DNA from: Podarcis vaucheri
Taxonomy: Eukaryota
Length of the DNA: 64,000 nt
Reading direction: 5' to 3' (one strand)
Assembly: GCA_965113315.1 (NCBI GenBank)
Contig: OZ220363.1
The notes under the pieces are model-generated. The model saw only the letters and a list, made by a program, of their open reading frames with translations, ran no database searches and was not told the origin of the DNA. The position numbers and the translations under genes were made by a program. Each line of letters starts with the position of its first letter. The stretch's first letter is position 1. Positions 12,532 to 24,986 of the stretch are shown here, one piece after another.

Positions 12532-13258
12532 TTAAAAACCCCACTGCATTTGTAAATCAATGCATAAATATGGAACAGAAACATATGATAGTGTGAGGTT
12601 TATCAGAAAGAGCTCAATATGAAACTAAAAGCCTTAAATAACCCAACAAAAATAAAACTTTCTATGTTTTCTGGCTACGATGAATTACAGCTTGTTGCAA
12701 ACTCACATGGATCATTATATGAGATCCATTAATATGCAAAACCTATATATTGTAAATACCATGCAATATGCAAAATATGAATATTATTTCAAAAGATAGA
12801 AGATTTAAATCCTGTTAAGAGCTTGAAACCGGGAGGGGGGCACTCAGCTTATAACTCCCCACCCCTGCCCATCCAATATAGCTGGAATGTCATATTTGAA
12901 TATATGTATAGATTGTACTTTGTTAAAGCAGATGCTATTTTACTATGTATCCTGCGCAAATGAGAAGCCTCGGGTTGGGGGGATTACAGATCGAAAAAGC
13001 ACAAAATTATTTCTCTGGTAGCTGAGAGCTTTAATGGTAGGGGAAACTGGGCTAGGAAATACTACAGGTGTGAAAGTTGCTGAGTGTTTTTATAGTTTAA
13101 TTTCATGGTAGCAGCAATATTTAGAATGGCAGATGCCTTACTAAACAACTTCATAACTAATACCTGAGCACCTGCACAAACATATGTTACAGTGGTGCCT
13201 TGGATAATATTTTTTAAAACAACAACAAGGAACTAAACCGCACATTTTATTTTAACAG

Positions 13259-13333
13259 ATTGAGCCTTACCTGCCCTTTGAATTCACATGTGAGGGGATG
13301 CTCCAGAGAATGAATGTTTTCATAGAGAAACAG
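13259..13333 (+). CDS. MGAT5: MGAT5 coding exon (IEPYLPFEFTCEGMLQRMNVFIEKQ)
   Basis: Not in the ORF track; read by hand. Acceptor ttttaacag|ATT, donor CAG|gtatgc; 75 nt; EFTCEGMLQR motif. Confidence 0.95.
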
Positions 13334-13722
13334 GTATGCTCTCCATATCCACAAATACTTGCTTTGTGAGCACAGAGATCCTGTGTAAGCCACTATATTA
13401 CCAGTGCTTGTTCTCTGTTGAATAGAAGTGGAATAGACTAGAGCTCATAGTTGTGCAACCAATTTCACTTAACCAGCAAACTAACTGCTAGAGGGCACTC
13501 TATGAAGCACTCTATCAGCGTCTAAAACAAATCTTGTGGTCAATCCACAGCTCTAATAGATTGCTTGGTGATGCTTTTTTGTTGTTGCTGAGCCATTTTC
13601 AGTGTTCTTTTAATATTTTTATTTTATTAGTTGGTTGTTTATTGCCTTGGGGGTCCCACATTTTTAGACAGAAAACATACATTAAAAGCTGCCTTCTATT
13701 AAAACTGAACATTGGTCCATCT

Positions 13723-13969
13723 AGCCAGTGTGGTGTAGTGGTTAAGAGCAGTGGACTCGTAATCTGGTGAACCGGGTTCAATTCCCCCCTCCTCCATATG
13801 CAGTTGGGTGACCTTGGGCTAGTCACACTTTTCTGAAGTCTCTCAGCCTCAATCACCTCACAGAGTGTTTGTTGTGGGGGAGGAAGAGAAAGGAGATTGT
13901 TAGCCGCTTTGAGAGTCCTTAGGGTAGTGATTAAGCGGGATATCAAATACAAACTCTTTTTCTTCTTCT
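13723..13969 (+). mobile_element. tRNA-derived SINE (Squam3-like), full length
   Basis: A box TGGTGTAGTGG (13731), B box GGTTCAATTCC (13775), (TTC)n tail; second copy on - at 35629-35874. Confidence 0.85.
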
Positions 13970-14189
13970 AGCTGTGTATTGTTTACCCTGAGTGGTGGTG
14001 ACTTTCAAGTTTCAGACAGGAGCTTGAAACAAGATTATACACTTGGCAGAGATTTAGGCAGCCCTGAGATCCATGCTGGTTACCTTACAGTCTTGACTGA
14101 ACCGTCTGGAGATTGAAGCTTTGAATAACAGCAGCGTATTGAGTGAAATCACTTTTTGCCATGTCATTATAAAATGTACTTTTTTTCAG

Positions 14190-14347
14190 GATTTCTGCCA
14201 CGGGCAAGTGATGTGGCCCCCATTAAGTGCCCTTCAGGTTAAAATTGCTGGGTCTGGGAAATCATGTAAGCAGGTTTGTCAAGAAAATCAGCTCATCTGT
14301 GAGCCATCCTTTTTCCAGCACCTGAACAAGGACAAAGACCTCTTGAA
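14190..14347 (+). CDS. MGAT5: MGAT5 coding exon (DFCHGQVMWPPLSALQVKIAGSGKSCKQVCQENQLICEPSFFQHLNKDKDLL[K])
   Basis: Acceptor tttttcag|GAT, donor AA|gtaagt; 158 nt, phase 0-2; WPPLSAL and CEPSFFQHLN motifs. Confidence 0.96.
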
Positions 14348-15852
14348 GTAAGTACTGCAGCTCCAAGGACAAGAAAAGAAAGTTGCAAGTAAACATTATC
14401 AGCACATTTTGAATGTTGCTCTGGAACACAGTTTCAATCTCAGCACGAAATAAACTTCAGAGGCTTTTGAATATAATGCATTTGTGTTCATGCATCTATA
14501 CACCTGCATAGCACCATTTAATAGACAGAGAAAACTGAACCAAATGATGCCGTGCATGTTGCTAACCACACAGAATTTACCATAGCATTCCTTTGTATTG
14601 CAACCAATTCCCTGGCTTCTGCCTATGTTGACCTACAAGTTACAATTGATGTTTAGATCTACTTTCAAATACTTTCCCCTAGACTGGTGTATGCAGGTAT
14701 TGGCGGAAAAGAAACCCCATAACTCCCTGTATGCTCTCACGTGTGACAATATCACACATGTATGTTAGCTTACATCTATGATTGCTGAGAACTGTCTGCT
14801 AAATCATGGTTTGTTGGGGTATATGCCCCCAGTAAACTTGTCAAATGGGACGGTTATTGTATGAAGTGAGTTAACTGTGGCATTAGTATGGAAGATTTCC
14901 ATTGTACGTGTGTGTGTGTCTGTTGTAATAGCAGCATTGCTAGAATCATGTTTGTGACTGTGCATCTGCCACTGTTTTTTGTTCAATCATCATCATTAAA
15001 ATAGTTGCCAGCTTCTAGCTTTACTCTACACTTCTGCATATACAGGTGGGTTTGCTGGATGAATTTGAAAAGTGTAAACTGGCCCTTAGGCTTGGGGAAT
15101 GTCCTATATAAGACAGTCACTATTTTCCAGAGCAGAGTGTGCCACAGTGCCCAGGCAACATAATTCCCAATCACTCATTCTCGCCATCACCACGATTACC
15201 ATTGCATGAGGAGAAGTGCAAACAAGGAGTGATTTCTGCACACTCCATCACTGTTCCTGCAGTTCACTGCTTGTTGGAAACATGCTGTACTGAAGCAGAC
15301 TTGCCACATGATTTAGCACTTCCAGGGTTTCCAACTGTGCAGAGAGCCTACTTGACTAGAACAGGCAGTGTGCTGTACATGATGGATTGGGGAAGTGGTG
15401 GGGGCCAGTGGGCTCATCCCTACTTTTCATTTTATGTAAGGGAAGGGGGGATATAACGAATGAATAGACCTATAGTAGAACTGCATAGTACAGATCTCAT
15501 ACATTCTAGTTATCCGCTTTAACTGTGAATATGCAACTTCATGTCAAAGAGAACTCTGGATTATAGCATTTCTGCTCATCGGTGTTTGTGTAACCAAGCA
15601 TTCTGGGATGGTGTCAATCTCTTCTAAGTGAGGCTCTGCCTTCTTGTAACACCCTTTTGAAATTATCGGTGTGATTTTTGACGTTGTGAGTTGGGCAGCT
15701 TACGGACCCGATTGCTGAGATGTCAGTTTTATGTATGAACTGAATCTCTGCATTACCTACCTTTGGAACCATGAGTTGGAAGTGCTGCTGCTGCTGCTTG
15801 CTGAATTATTGCAAGTGATATAGGTTGTCTTACTTTTCCTTTTCTTTTCCAG

Positions 15853-16051
15853 ATACAACATTGAATGTCATACAGCTGAGTCTGCAAATGATATTGTGGT
15901 TCCATCTTTTGATGAAAAGAGAAAACACTGTGTTTTCCAGGGTGATCTCTTGTTGTTCAGCTGTGCAGGATCTCATCCAAGCCACAAAAGAATCTGCCCT
16001 TGCAGAGACTACCTTAAAGGACAAGTTGCACTTTGTAAAGACTGTCTATAG
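15853..16051 (+). CDS. MGAT5: MGAT5 terminal coding exon ([K]YNIECHTAESANDIVVPSFDEKRKHCVFQGDLLLFSCAGSHPSHKRICPCRDYLKGQVALCKDCL*)
   Basis: Acceptor cttttccag|A completes the AAA codon; Cys-rich C-terminal domain; TAG at 16049-16051. Confidence 0.96.
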
Positions 16052-19000
16052 CAGCAGCTCACTTGACTTGATGAAGGGACAAAAGAGCCAGTGGCTTAGT
16101 GAGAGCTGCTGCCATTTCTTGCACTTTGGTACTGCAGGCAGAACAATTGCTGAAGAGAAAAATCTGTACCACGATGGAACAGAAAAGTGATTTTAAAAAA
16201 TCTCAAATGATTTATATTTTTTTTCCTAAGCAAGCAATTCCAGTGACACAGAAATCTCCTTAATTTACTTAAGGAGGTAAAAAACAAAGTTCAGCATTTT
16301 GTAAGGGTAAATTAAGAGTGTGGGTTTCTTTTACCAACAACTCCTCATGATCAACAACTTTTCTGAATATTATTTCCAGTACAAAGAAACAGACCTGGAA
16401 GAGATTGGTCAGTACAGGAAAGACTAACACAATCCTGGGTACATTGTTCATAGGAGTCTTCTGAATCCTGAATGGCTGGCGAACATGGAACTACAACGGA
16501 ACACAGCGACAGAATATCTATTGGTTTTTATTTCATCTGACACATTCTGCAAATTCACAGCCGTGTAGTGATCTTCACATAGCTAAGCAAGTAGCACCAT
16601 TAACTGGTGGCTTCCTGAGTCGCAGATACTTTTGGTTTGATAATGGATTATGATTGTGCCATTCATCAGGGCTTCTAAGCCACATAAGCGTAATATTTAA
16701 AATGTATGGTCTTGTCTAGAATTATGAGTGTAGCCCTCTTTCCCAGTCCCACGAAGTTTTGTTGTAGGGTGGTGACTAGACATACTGTTAGATCACTGAA
16801 AATAAAATAGTGCCATTGGAGCAATATTTTCCTCAGTATAAGGTGGAGAAACAGTGACTGAAAGTTGAAAATAGAAGTGAGGCAGTCAAATCGTGCTGGT
16901 CTGTTTTTGACAGCTTGGGGAGATTTAACAAGCTTTTATAGGATGGACGGACAGACATGAACAAAACAATGACTATAAGCAAGTGAGACCTCTTCCTGAA
17001 GTCCTTAATTAAAAGTAGGTGTGCTGCAGCAGGTTGGTAGTGTTACAATTTGAAATTAATCCAGAGAATTGAACTCAGATTTGTTTGTAGATCAGCTTTT
17101 CCTCTTTTTTTTTTTTAAAGGAAAAAGGGGTTGCTTTTGCAGCACAGCTGACATCTTTAAAAGCACTGTTTGTGGAAGGCATTGGATAGAAAGACATTGG
17201 ATAGAAAATGGATGCTTCCTCACTTTGAAGCTAAAAGCTACCACAGGTTGGCAAGAAAAAACTTGGACCATTTTCAATATTATATCAGAGTACGATACTT
17301 CAGTTATTTGCTTCTTTCCCCTCTACCCTAAATATTACTTACTATATCTACTGGTGGGATAATTCACTCCTTTCTGTTCTTTTGTAATGTAACTTAATTC
17401 ATTATTTGGCATTCACTGTTTATTGTGGGAAGCACTCAAGTATCTTTTGACATACCAAAGACCATAAGGGAAAACACCTCTCTCAAATCATTGAGATAGA
17501 GTCTTTCTTTCTTTCTTTTTTTAAGAACTATTTCATATCAGCAGGTCATAGCTCCAGAAATGTTTGACAAGACTAAAAACTTTTAATTGTATGTGCATAG
17601 GATTAAAAATTAGCAGTGGCTGGCCCAAATTCCAGTAACTTGTGACTGGCTTTTGTGTGATGTCTTGGATTTCTGTAATAGTTAACACTTGGAATCTAGC
17701 CTTGTGTGTTAAGTTACCAAGCAGTTTCTGCCCCGCACTTGTAAGTACATGGGAGCCCATCCCTCCTTCCTTCCTTTTAAAAATGATCACTCTTCAACTT
17801 TGATACCCTTGTTGGTGATTGACTTTTTTATTCTAATGTGTTCTTTATGAGGACAGACCATCATCAAACTAGACCTGGCAATAAACAAAGCACTACCAAT
17901 TGCTGCTGCAGCAAAAATGTTTGAGAATATATGTGCTGTAAATGCATCTTAGCACATTCAGATTAGTTTGGCTTTAGTAACAGGGCCAGTTCCAATCTAA
18001 TATTTCTTCTCCAGAGAAAGATATAAATTAAACATCAATATACAATTTTACAAATCTGATCATTTGCTTAGATATTTTTCTTTCAACAATAACATAGATT
18101 TTGTCCTCTATTGCAACATTTTTAATGTGTTTTTGTTTTCATACATAGCATCAAACGAACCCCAAGAGAAGGATTTGAGTTTTGTTAGTTTGTTGGTGCA
18201 ATGAATAACATAGTCTTTCAGCAGGGGGTATATCTGTAAATTGCTAGTTTAGACATACTGTATGTTGGCCCCCCCCCCAAATGCTATGTGGTTATAATGA
18301 GTGGCGGTGTACTGAGAAGGTATAATTGATAACATTATTGTAGGGTGGTATCTGAGTAAGCCGTATTCAGAGCAGGCCACTGAAATGAATGGACTTAAGT
18401 TATGACTAACTTCAAGTCATTGGGTTTACTCTGCATATGAAATGGTCTCCCATTATTTCTTCAAGTGTTTTATGATATCACTGAGAATAGGATCAGACCT
18501 TTGATAGGCTCATCCAGTTATTTCATAGCTGCGTTTTTTAAAATAACAGTAATTGTGGAAGAGAAATGAATTTGTGTATTAGCCTTATTATGGTGTTTAC
18601 TATGAAGACTTGGTAGATGGTACAAAAGAAGAGTTTCATCTAACCATGTTGTAGTTAGTACAGGGTCAGTGGGCCTCACACTTTTTTAGCATCGAAATGT
18701 GGAAGCAAATTAAACTTGTACCATGATCCAGGCTATCTAGAAGGTTTTTCTTCAAACCTATCTCTATGGATACCATTAATGAAGGACGCATTGAAAACAA
18801 ATGCCTTCATAATCCTCTGCCAGCATAAAGAGCAGATGGCAGGTGATGATTAAGGTGGTTTTTCATTAAAGCCAGACAAATTTATAGGTATATTTGAGGG
18901 GAATGCCTTTCTTGACTGAAACCTGGACCATTTTTTAAAAGTTCAAATGCAGAAATGTGGTATTTCACTTCAGGATTATTAGGAGATCTAAGGGGATAAA

Positions 19001-22000
19001 TAGAATTGCAAATCATTTTGGCAGGTTTTGGCTTTGGGTGTAGTGGGCTACAATTCATGGAGCTCCCTGAAGTCTAAAATAAAATGAAAGAACACATCAT
19101 GATAGAAGCATCATGTCTTCATATATAAAAAAATTCTCCCTTATTTTACAAGTTTGTAACTTGGTAATTTTTTTTAAAAGAAATCTTGTTCTGAGAGGTC
19201 ACCAAAACCTGAGAGAAGCATTTACATAATTTATTTTTAAAGAACTTTAACATTAAAGCTTACCTTTGAAAGGTAAAGATTGAATACACTGTTTAAAATG
19301 CCAATAAAAACCTCATTTATTTCATATATGCAAGTTGATTTGCACATCTATAAATAGGTATGCTTTTCAGTACATTTCACCTAGTTTTGATCATTTGTCT
19401 CTCTTGTGGTTCATAGAAGCAGTTGTGGTTGGGGGGGTTGGTTTCTGCATGGCAGTGTTGAAGCACATTCTGCTAATATGTGTGCCTTTTATTTTATTTT
19501 TTATTTTAAATTAATTGTGTGTTTGGGATGTGAACATTGCCTGAGCAATTATAATGGAACACTAATTTGAGGATTTATATACTTTCTGTAAATATTGGTA
19601 TGATTTATAAAGAGTATTTTTTAATATTGGAGAAAAGACAAAGCAAAAGTACGTACTACAAGCTGCAACAACTCAAAGAGAATGCTACCTATTGATATTT
19701 GTACTTGAATGTTTGTGTCTAAACACAATGCGCTTATATATGATGCATTATCCATGCTAAATCTTAGTAAAGGAGGGAGGAGAGAATATAGTTAGCTAAT
19801 GCCCATCTGCCTGGTCTTAAATGGTTTGGTAGTTTACTTTTCATGTTCCAAGTGACAGGAAATTGCTGAAGTCCAATATCAAAGAACTAGAAATGTAAAT
19901 TGGTATGTACATGATTTTTCTCTCTCTCAAAAGAATGCAGTTCAGTATGTTCTTCTATAAATTACTAGTACTTCACTGGCATGATCTTTTGAATAGGTTA
20001 TTTTCTTGTAGAAGTTCTTAGCACAAACTTTCGCAAGTATGAAGGTGCTCCTGTTAAGTTCTTCACATTTAGTAGTATGTAAGGTTGACCACATGAGCAC
20101 TCAAGAAGCTGTTTAGGGAGACAAGTCCCCTCCTCTTTTTCGTCAAAGGAGGTGTAATTGCTCATCCCTGTAGCATCAGAGTGTTCATGTCCCCTAGCTC
20201 AAGCTCACACAGCTACCATGGCATGCTATGTGCTTCTAACGTTTGCACCACTCTTGTAGAATAAGGATTATCAGAAGCCTAACACCAAGTCACAAGGAGC
20301 AGCCTAACCTCCTCAAGCAAGCAAGTGCACAAAGACTGGTGTGGTATGGGTCTACCTATGCACTTCCTTAAAAATAGAGTCAGATATATACTACAGGATA
20401 AATTTAAAAGTGGTGACATTTGTAATCTGAGTAGCACTGGGCTTCCTTCTTTTTACAAATTGCCACAGAGAAGAACCTTGCCTACCAACATGACTGAACA
20501 CTCGCATGTTATTTTGTCAGTGTGGCTCTGGTTATATAGCTGTCCAATATGGAGAATTTTTAGAGTGTGTAAGTAGCCCCTAAATCAATTTCTCTGAAAA
20601 GTCTATGGAAATTTCCATTTGTAACTGGGGATAAAAATGTATTTAGCATTGTAATTAATCATTCAGCATTTTATACCTGGATGGTACGATGCCCACTGGT
20701 TGTCTGACAGGCTGCTTAGTTTTAAAAAAAGGACTTGGGAGCAATTCAGGGACAGTTCACTACGTTTCCCCCAATAACTTTTGTTGTAAAAGTTCTGAGG
20801 CACACAATTGAATTAACTACATAATACAGTGGCCTCCCCGTAATTAGTGCCTTTGTTTTTGTATTTTTGACAGTGAGCTTTCTAAAGAAAGAATAGCCTT
20901 CATACAGGTTCTGAATTGAAAAGAGTGTCGTGACTGCTACAAAATCACTGTGCATTCACAATGGATGTTAGTACTAGTAATTGTGATGGGTTATGCCTGA
21001 AGATTATAAATCTCAATAGGTTTCATACAATACTAGATCATTGCTTCCAGCCTTTTGGGCAAAGTAGAGGCCATTCATATTCTAGGTAACTCCTGTTTAT
21101 TTAGTGCAACAAGTGAAGAGAGTTATTGTTGAGAAGGCAATTTATAGGTGTTTTAAGCTGGTTATGCAGTACGTCCTCTAGCTTTGATTATATGCGGTGC
21201 TCTAGATGGCTGTTGTCAAATGCAACAAGCAATTGCAATTGTCATGCAAGTTTGTTTGTTTTTTTAAAAAAATTAAGTATCAACATGCAGAGTTGTCCAT
21301 AGCCCATTAATGTACTTAGTAATAGCTGGTCCCTTGCACCCTTTGATAAAAATCTTATCTTTCATCCACAATAAGAACCTTTTAAAAAAAAAAGTCTTAT
21401 TCAAGGGAGGCATCTTCCAACAATCCATCTTAATCTATCAAATGGCTTTTTCCTTTTTTTAAAAAAAAAAAGCTGGGTGTTTTGCTGTTAACAGCATGAT
21501 TAGGTGCTCTTTGAACCCAATTACCCTACCATACACCTAATATGAAACCATACAAAGATGCTATAGCAATTATTTTACTTTGATTGGTTCTCAGCAGTTT
21601 TAAATGATTGGTGTGGTTTCTGCTTTGCTAAAGGAACCCTATACACCATTTTTAGAGACGGTCTTTTTGCTTAATTTTTTTTAATCAATAACTTTAGAGT
21701 TAATAAAGTACCATTCCAACTTAAATTATCGGTGCCATCACATTAAAATAGCATAGGTACACAGAAAGAGAGGTTTTCGAGGTCTTTTCTGCATTCTCTT
21801 CCACCAGAACAACCTTGCAAGGAAATTCAGGAACAGGTGCATCCTTCCAACCCAGGCCAATTTGTATCACGTTAACCTTCCTTCCACATGAAACTAGACT
21901 AATTCAAAATAACTGAAATTACAATCTCCTGCTTATAATGTTGCAAGAGTAATTAGGCTTGTTCTGCAGAAAACTTAGTAAATAGTCACTCAGGTGCTTG

Positions 22001-22019
22001 AAGTAGAAATTGCCTTAAG

Positions 22020-22135
22020 GCAGTGTTGTGGACCTGGTGGTCCTCCAGCTTTTACTGCAGTCCCATTATACCTGACCACTGATGTCGCCAGTCAGTGCTG
22101 ATAGGATTTGGGAGTCTAGCAGCACCTGGAAAGCA
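22020..22135. mobile_element. Degenerate palindromic hAT-like MITE
   Basis: ctccagc...gtcccatta...gataggatttgggagtctagcagcacctgga resembles the 8609 and 48170 family. Confidence 0.45.
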
Positions 22136-22169
22136 AGAGAGTAGCTATTTAAGAAGCTTTGCTGATGGC

Positions 22170-22295
22170 TAGTGCTATTCTTATAGAAAAAGATGCTGGA
22201 ACTCACCCTGAACACCTCCCTTGTTCTCTTATGGCAATAGCACCCACCTGAGAGGTGCCAGAACTGAGTTCCGGCTGGGACAAAAAAAAATCCTG
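22170..22295. mobile_element. hAT MITE in the putative MGAT5 3'UTR
   Basis: 8-bp TSD ctgatggc/ctcatggc; ends (t)agtgctatt...aaaaatcctg; internal ggaactca/tgagttcc inverted motif. Confidence 0.65.
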
Positions 22296-22674
22296 CTCAT
22301 GGCTTACAGTGCAGCTAGGGCTTTCTTTTTCTCACTGGTTTAGGGAAAAGCACATCAGAATGCAGCATTTTATATGAAACAACAGGGCAGATATGAATTG
22401 CAGCTAAACATCATGTGCACACCACTTCCCAAACCAGGAGTGTACTGATACAAAGAAAACAGGTATGCATACAGTGCCCAAACTACTCTCACTATGCTTA
22501 AGTGCAGATATTTTAACAACCACAGTTAAGCAGTCGGAATCAATTTAAAGCAACTAAAATTACTGTCTAGTTTCAATTGAGCATTCTCTGTTGTCCTTTG
22601 TTTTACTAGGATAGGTAGCAGCTATTGTGGAGTGAATGTAAATGAGGAATCAGACCACACAGCATACATGACTA

Positions 22675-22800
22675 GCATATAAAATAAGAGCCTACTGGAT
22701 CAGGCCAATAGCCCATCTGGTCCAGCATCCTGTTCTCACAGTGGCTGAACAAGCTGCATATGGAAAACGAATGCAACAGGAGAACAGACATAAGACTCAC
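22675..22800 (-). mobile_element. CR1 LINE 3'-end fragment
   Basis: aagagcctactggatcaggccaatagcccatctggtccagcatcctgttctcacagtggc is the reverse complement of a typical sauropsid CR1 tail. Confidence 0.6.
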
Positions 22801-24295
22801 ACCTGCAGCAACTTCCACATTCCATCTGCTGTAAACAATTGGGTTCTAATGGCCAGTATTGATCTCTCTCTCTTATCTGTGCTTCTTTCTATTTACCCCA
22901 GTCTCCTGGATTTGATTTCCAGTACCTTAAGCTTCTTCTACAGAGTCTAATGCTTTGCTCATGCTTTGCTGCTTCTTATTCTAAAATTTTCTAAATCTCT
23001 TCTGGATGTAAAATTCCCATAGTAAAGACTGAACATATTGTGCATAAATTGACTATATAACAGAGCAGGTAGGAAGATCAGTCAATATAGCAAATGTTAA
23101 AAGTGTGTGTATATATGTGTGTTATGCTATAGAAATAGCATATACAAGATGGATGTACCTTAGTATTATATCTTACTGAGTACTATATATTCAGGACACT
23201 GAATGATGCTACTTAACTATGCCCTGTCATTTTATATTTATATAAACGAATTAATTTCCTTTGTATTGATGTGTACATGAAGGTACCAGCTTTGCTTAAT
23301 AATCTACCATTTGGAGTGTGTTTGTATCAAGTGACCCCCCCTACTACGACAATTATGAAAGTGACTTCTTATATTAGAATTGGCCATATGCTATATATAG
23401 CAGTAGGTGTTTATGGGACATTGCTAGTTCTAATTAAACTTTTCCTTGAACCCAATGCCACAGGGCAAATAGTTTACATTATGACTTTTCAAAGGAAAGA
23501 AACCTACCAGTTCCAAGGACTGTTTGCCAGGTGTATGTATGTAAATTCTTTCACCTACATAATGCATCGGTAACACCCGCCCCACTAAGAGGTACTGGCA
23601 AACCATGCAGAAGGCTTGCATAGTTTACTGAAACCTGGGTTCTAAGCAAATGGCATTGTTTTTGTCTGACAAAACAAAGCTTACCTCCCAACTTGGACTT
23701 GTCCTATTTTTTAGAACAGAAAGCAGTGAGTAGTACATATATTCACCATTCTCCTGTTTCACTAAAATAAGCTAAGCAGTCCACAGCCAGGGGTCAAGAT
23801 CACAACATTAACATTTGGCTAGTAAGAGAAACCCTTAAAAAAAGTAAGTAGTGTTTTTTTTTCCAGAAGTGTGCAACAGAGAATAGCAAGTCACTGACTA
23901 TCTCTATAAATATAACATTGAAAGTCAAAATATTGTTTGTAATGAGAAGTAAAGTGTTAGCTTCCCAGTTCTGAGTACTGTGCAGCGGAGTAGTAGGTTA
24001 AGGTTTAATAAGGATTTTAATCTGTTTCACGAGCACTGATTATGTTTTTTAAAACAATACATGCTTGAAATTTTGTGCGGGGGTTTTATTTCTTAAATTG
24101 TGTTCCGTTATATTTTGTTTAAGCAGGTTGCTTCACAGCAAGTAACTGTAAAATTAGAAGATTAACAACATGGGAAACTTAAAACCAAGGTGTAAATATG
24201 TCTGTATTCTCATGGCTGACAATGCTTCCTTCCCCCACCCCCCACCCCACCCCCACCAACTGTTGTAGGGCAAACTAGGGAAAATTTTATTTTTC

Positions 24296-24330
24296 AATAA
24301 ACTTTTTCTTGTGTGACTGCGTTGTTTTCA
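24296..24330 (+). terminator. Candidate distal poly(A) signal of MGAT5 with downstream U/GU-rich element
   Basis: AATAAA at 24296-24301 followed by ctttttcttgtgtgactgcgttgttttc. Confidence 0.55.
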
Positions 24331-24966
24331 CCCTTTCTTCCATCCAACCACACTGCTTGAAAATAAAATTAAGATCAGAGTTTTCTTATAGTTATTAATA
24401 CAGAGGAAGCCAAAAGCACACTTTTCCCTCTTTCAAGAATTGAACCTTTCTGCTTTCATTTTTCTGCTTTTGTTTTTTTTTTTTTTAAAGGGGGGATAGT
24501 TACATTGTATAATAGACTATCTTGCCAATGCAACTGATATTCCCCTGCTATAAAAGTCATGAAATCAGCCTTACACATATGGGTGTGAGGCCTGGTTGAT
24601 GGTTTCACAGCACAAGCTCTGTAGGCCTGAAACAAAGGCGTCAGAAAAACAGTAGAAGCCGTAAATATGTGCCCAAGTATGAATATCAGTGGCAATACCA
24701 ATTAATCTATACACCATGGGGGCTGCCAGCTCTTGGTACATTTTGTACCAAGCTCTTGGGGCCTGTTGATACATTTGCTTATGGGCACTAACTAAATGCA
24801 TGGTGTGACTATTCCGTTTGCTATACAATCAATGCTTCTTTCAAGGCTGGGAGAGGAGATGCTGTGGCCTTTTGGGAATACCTCTATTGGCACATGTATG
24901 CCCACTGGTACCATATTGGCAATCCGTGCTGTGTACACCAAGGGATCTTTACTTAACCATGCCGAG

Positions 24967-24986
24967 CACACACACACACACACACA
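24967..24986. repeat. (CA)10 microsatellite between the two genes
   Basis: Read directly. Confidence 0.9.

Larger units (their letters stand above)
4692..16051 (+). other. MGAT5: MGAT5 gene span (5'-partial): last six coding exons, join(4692..4841,10083..10229,12381..12497,13259..13333,14190..14347,15853..16051); alpha-1,6-mannosylglycoprotein 6-beta-N-acetylglucosaminyltransferase A (GnT-V, GT18)
   Basis: Exons of 150+147+117+75+158+199 = 846 nt splice in frame with GT-AG introns to 281 aa plus TAG, ending ...CPCRDYLKGQVALCKDCL*, the recognisable GnT-V C-terminus. Earlier exons lie upstream of the window. Confidence 0.97.
16052..24320 (+). other. MGAT5: Probable long MGAT5 3'UTR (~8.3 kb; shorter isoforms possible)
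   Basis: AT-rich and relatively TE-poor after the stop; ends in a block with UGUAAAUA (24191), a C-rich tract, AATAAA (24296) and a GU/U-rich downstream element. Proximal AATAAA hexamers near 16800, 19303 and 21702. The extent is inferred. Confidence 0.55.

Noticed and set aside
13723-13800. tRNA-like sequences (also at 40614 and 60886)
   Set aside because: These are SINE heads that continue into SINE bodies and tails, not tRNA genes.
16049-16066. Stop-codon read-through context TAG-C in MGAT5
   Set aside because: Not the strong TGA-CTAG motif, and the next stop is only 4 codons later.
15825-16190. 121-aa alternative-frame ORF overlapping the last MGAT5 exon
   Set aside because: It starts at an intronic TTG. 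Skipping the 158-nt exon enters a different frame that stops after 3 codons, so no evident splice route reaches this frame.
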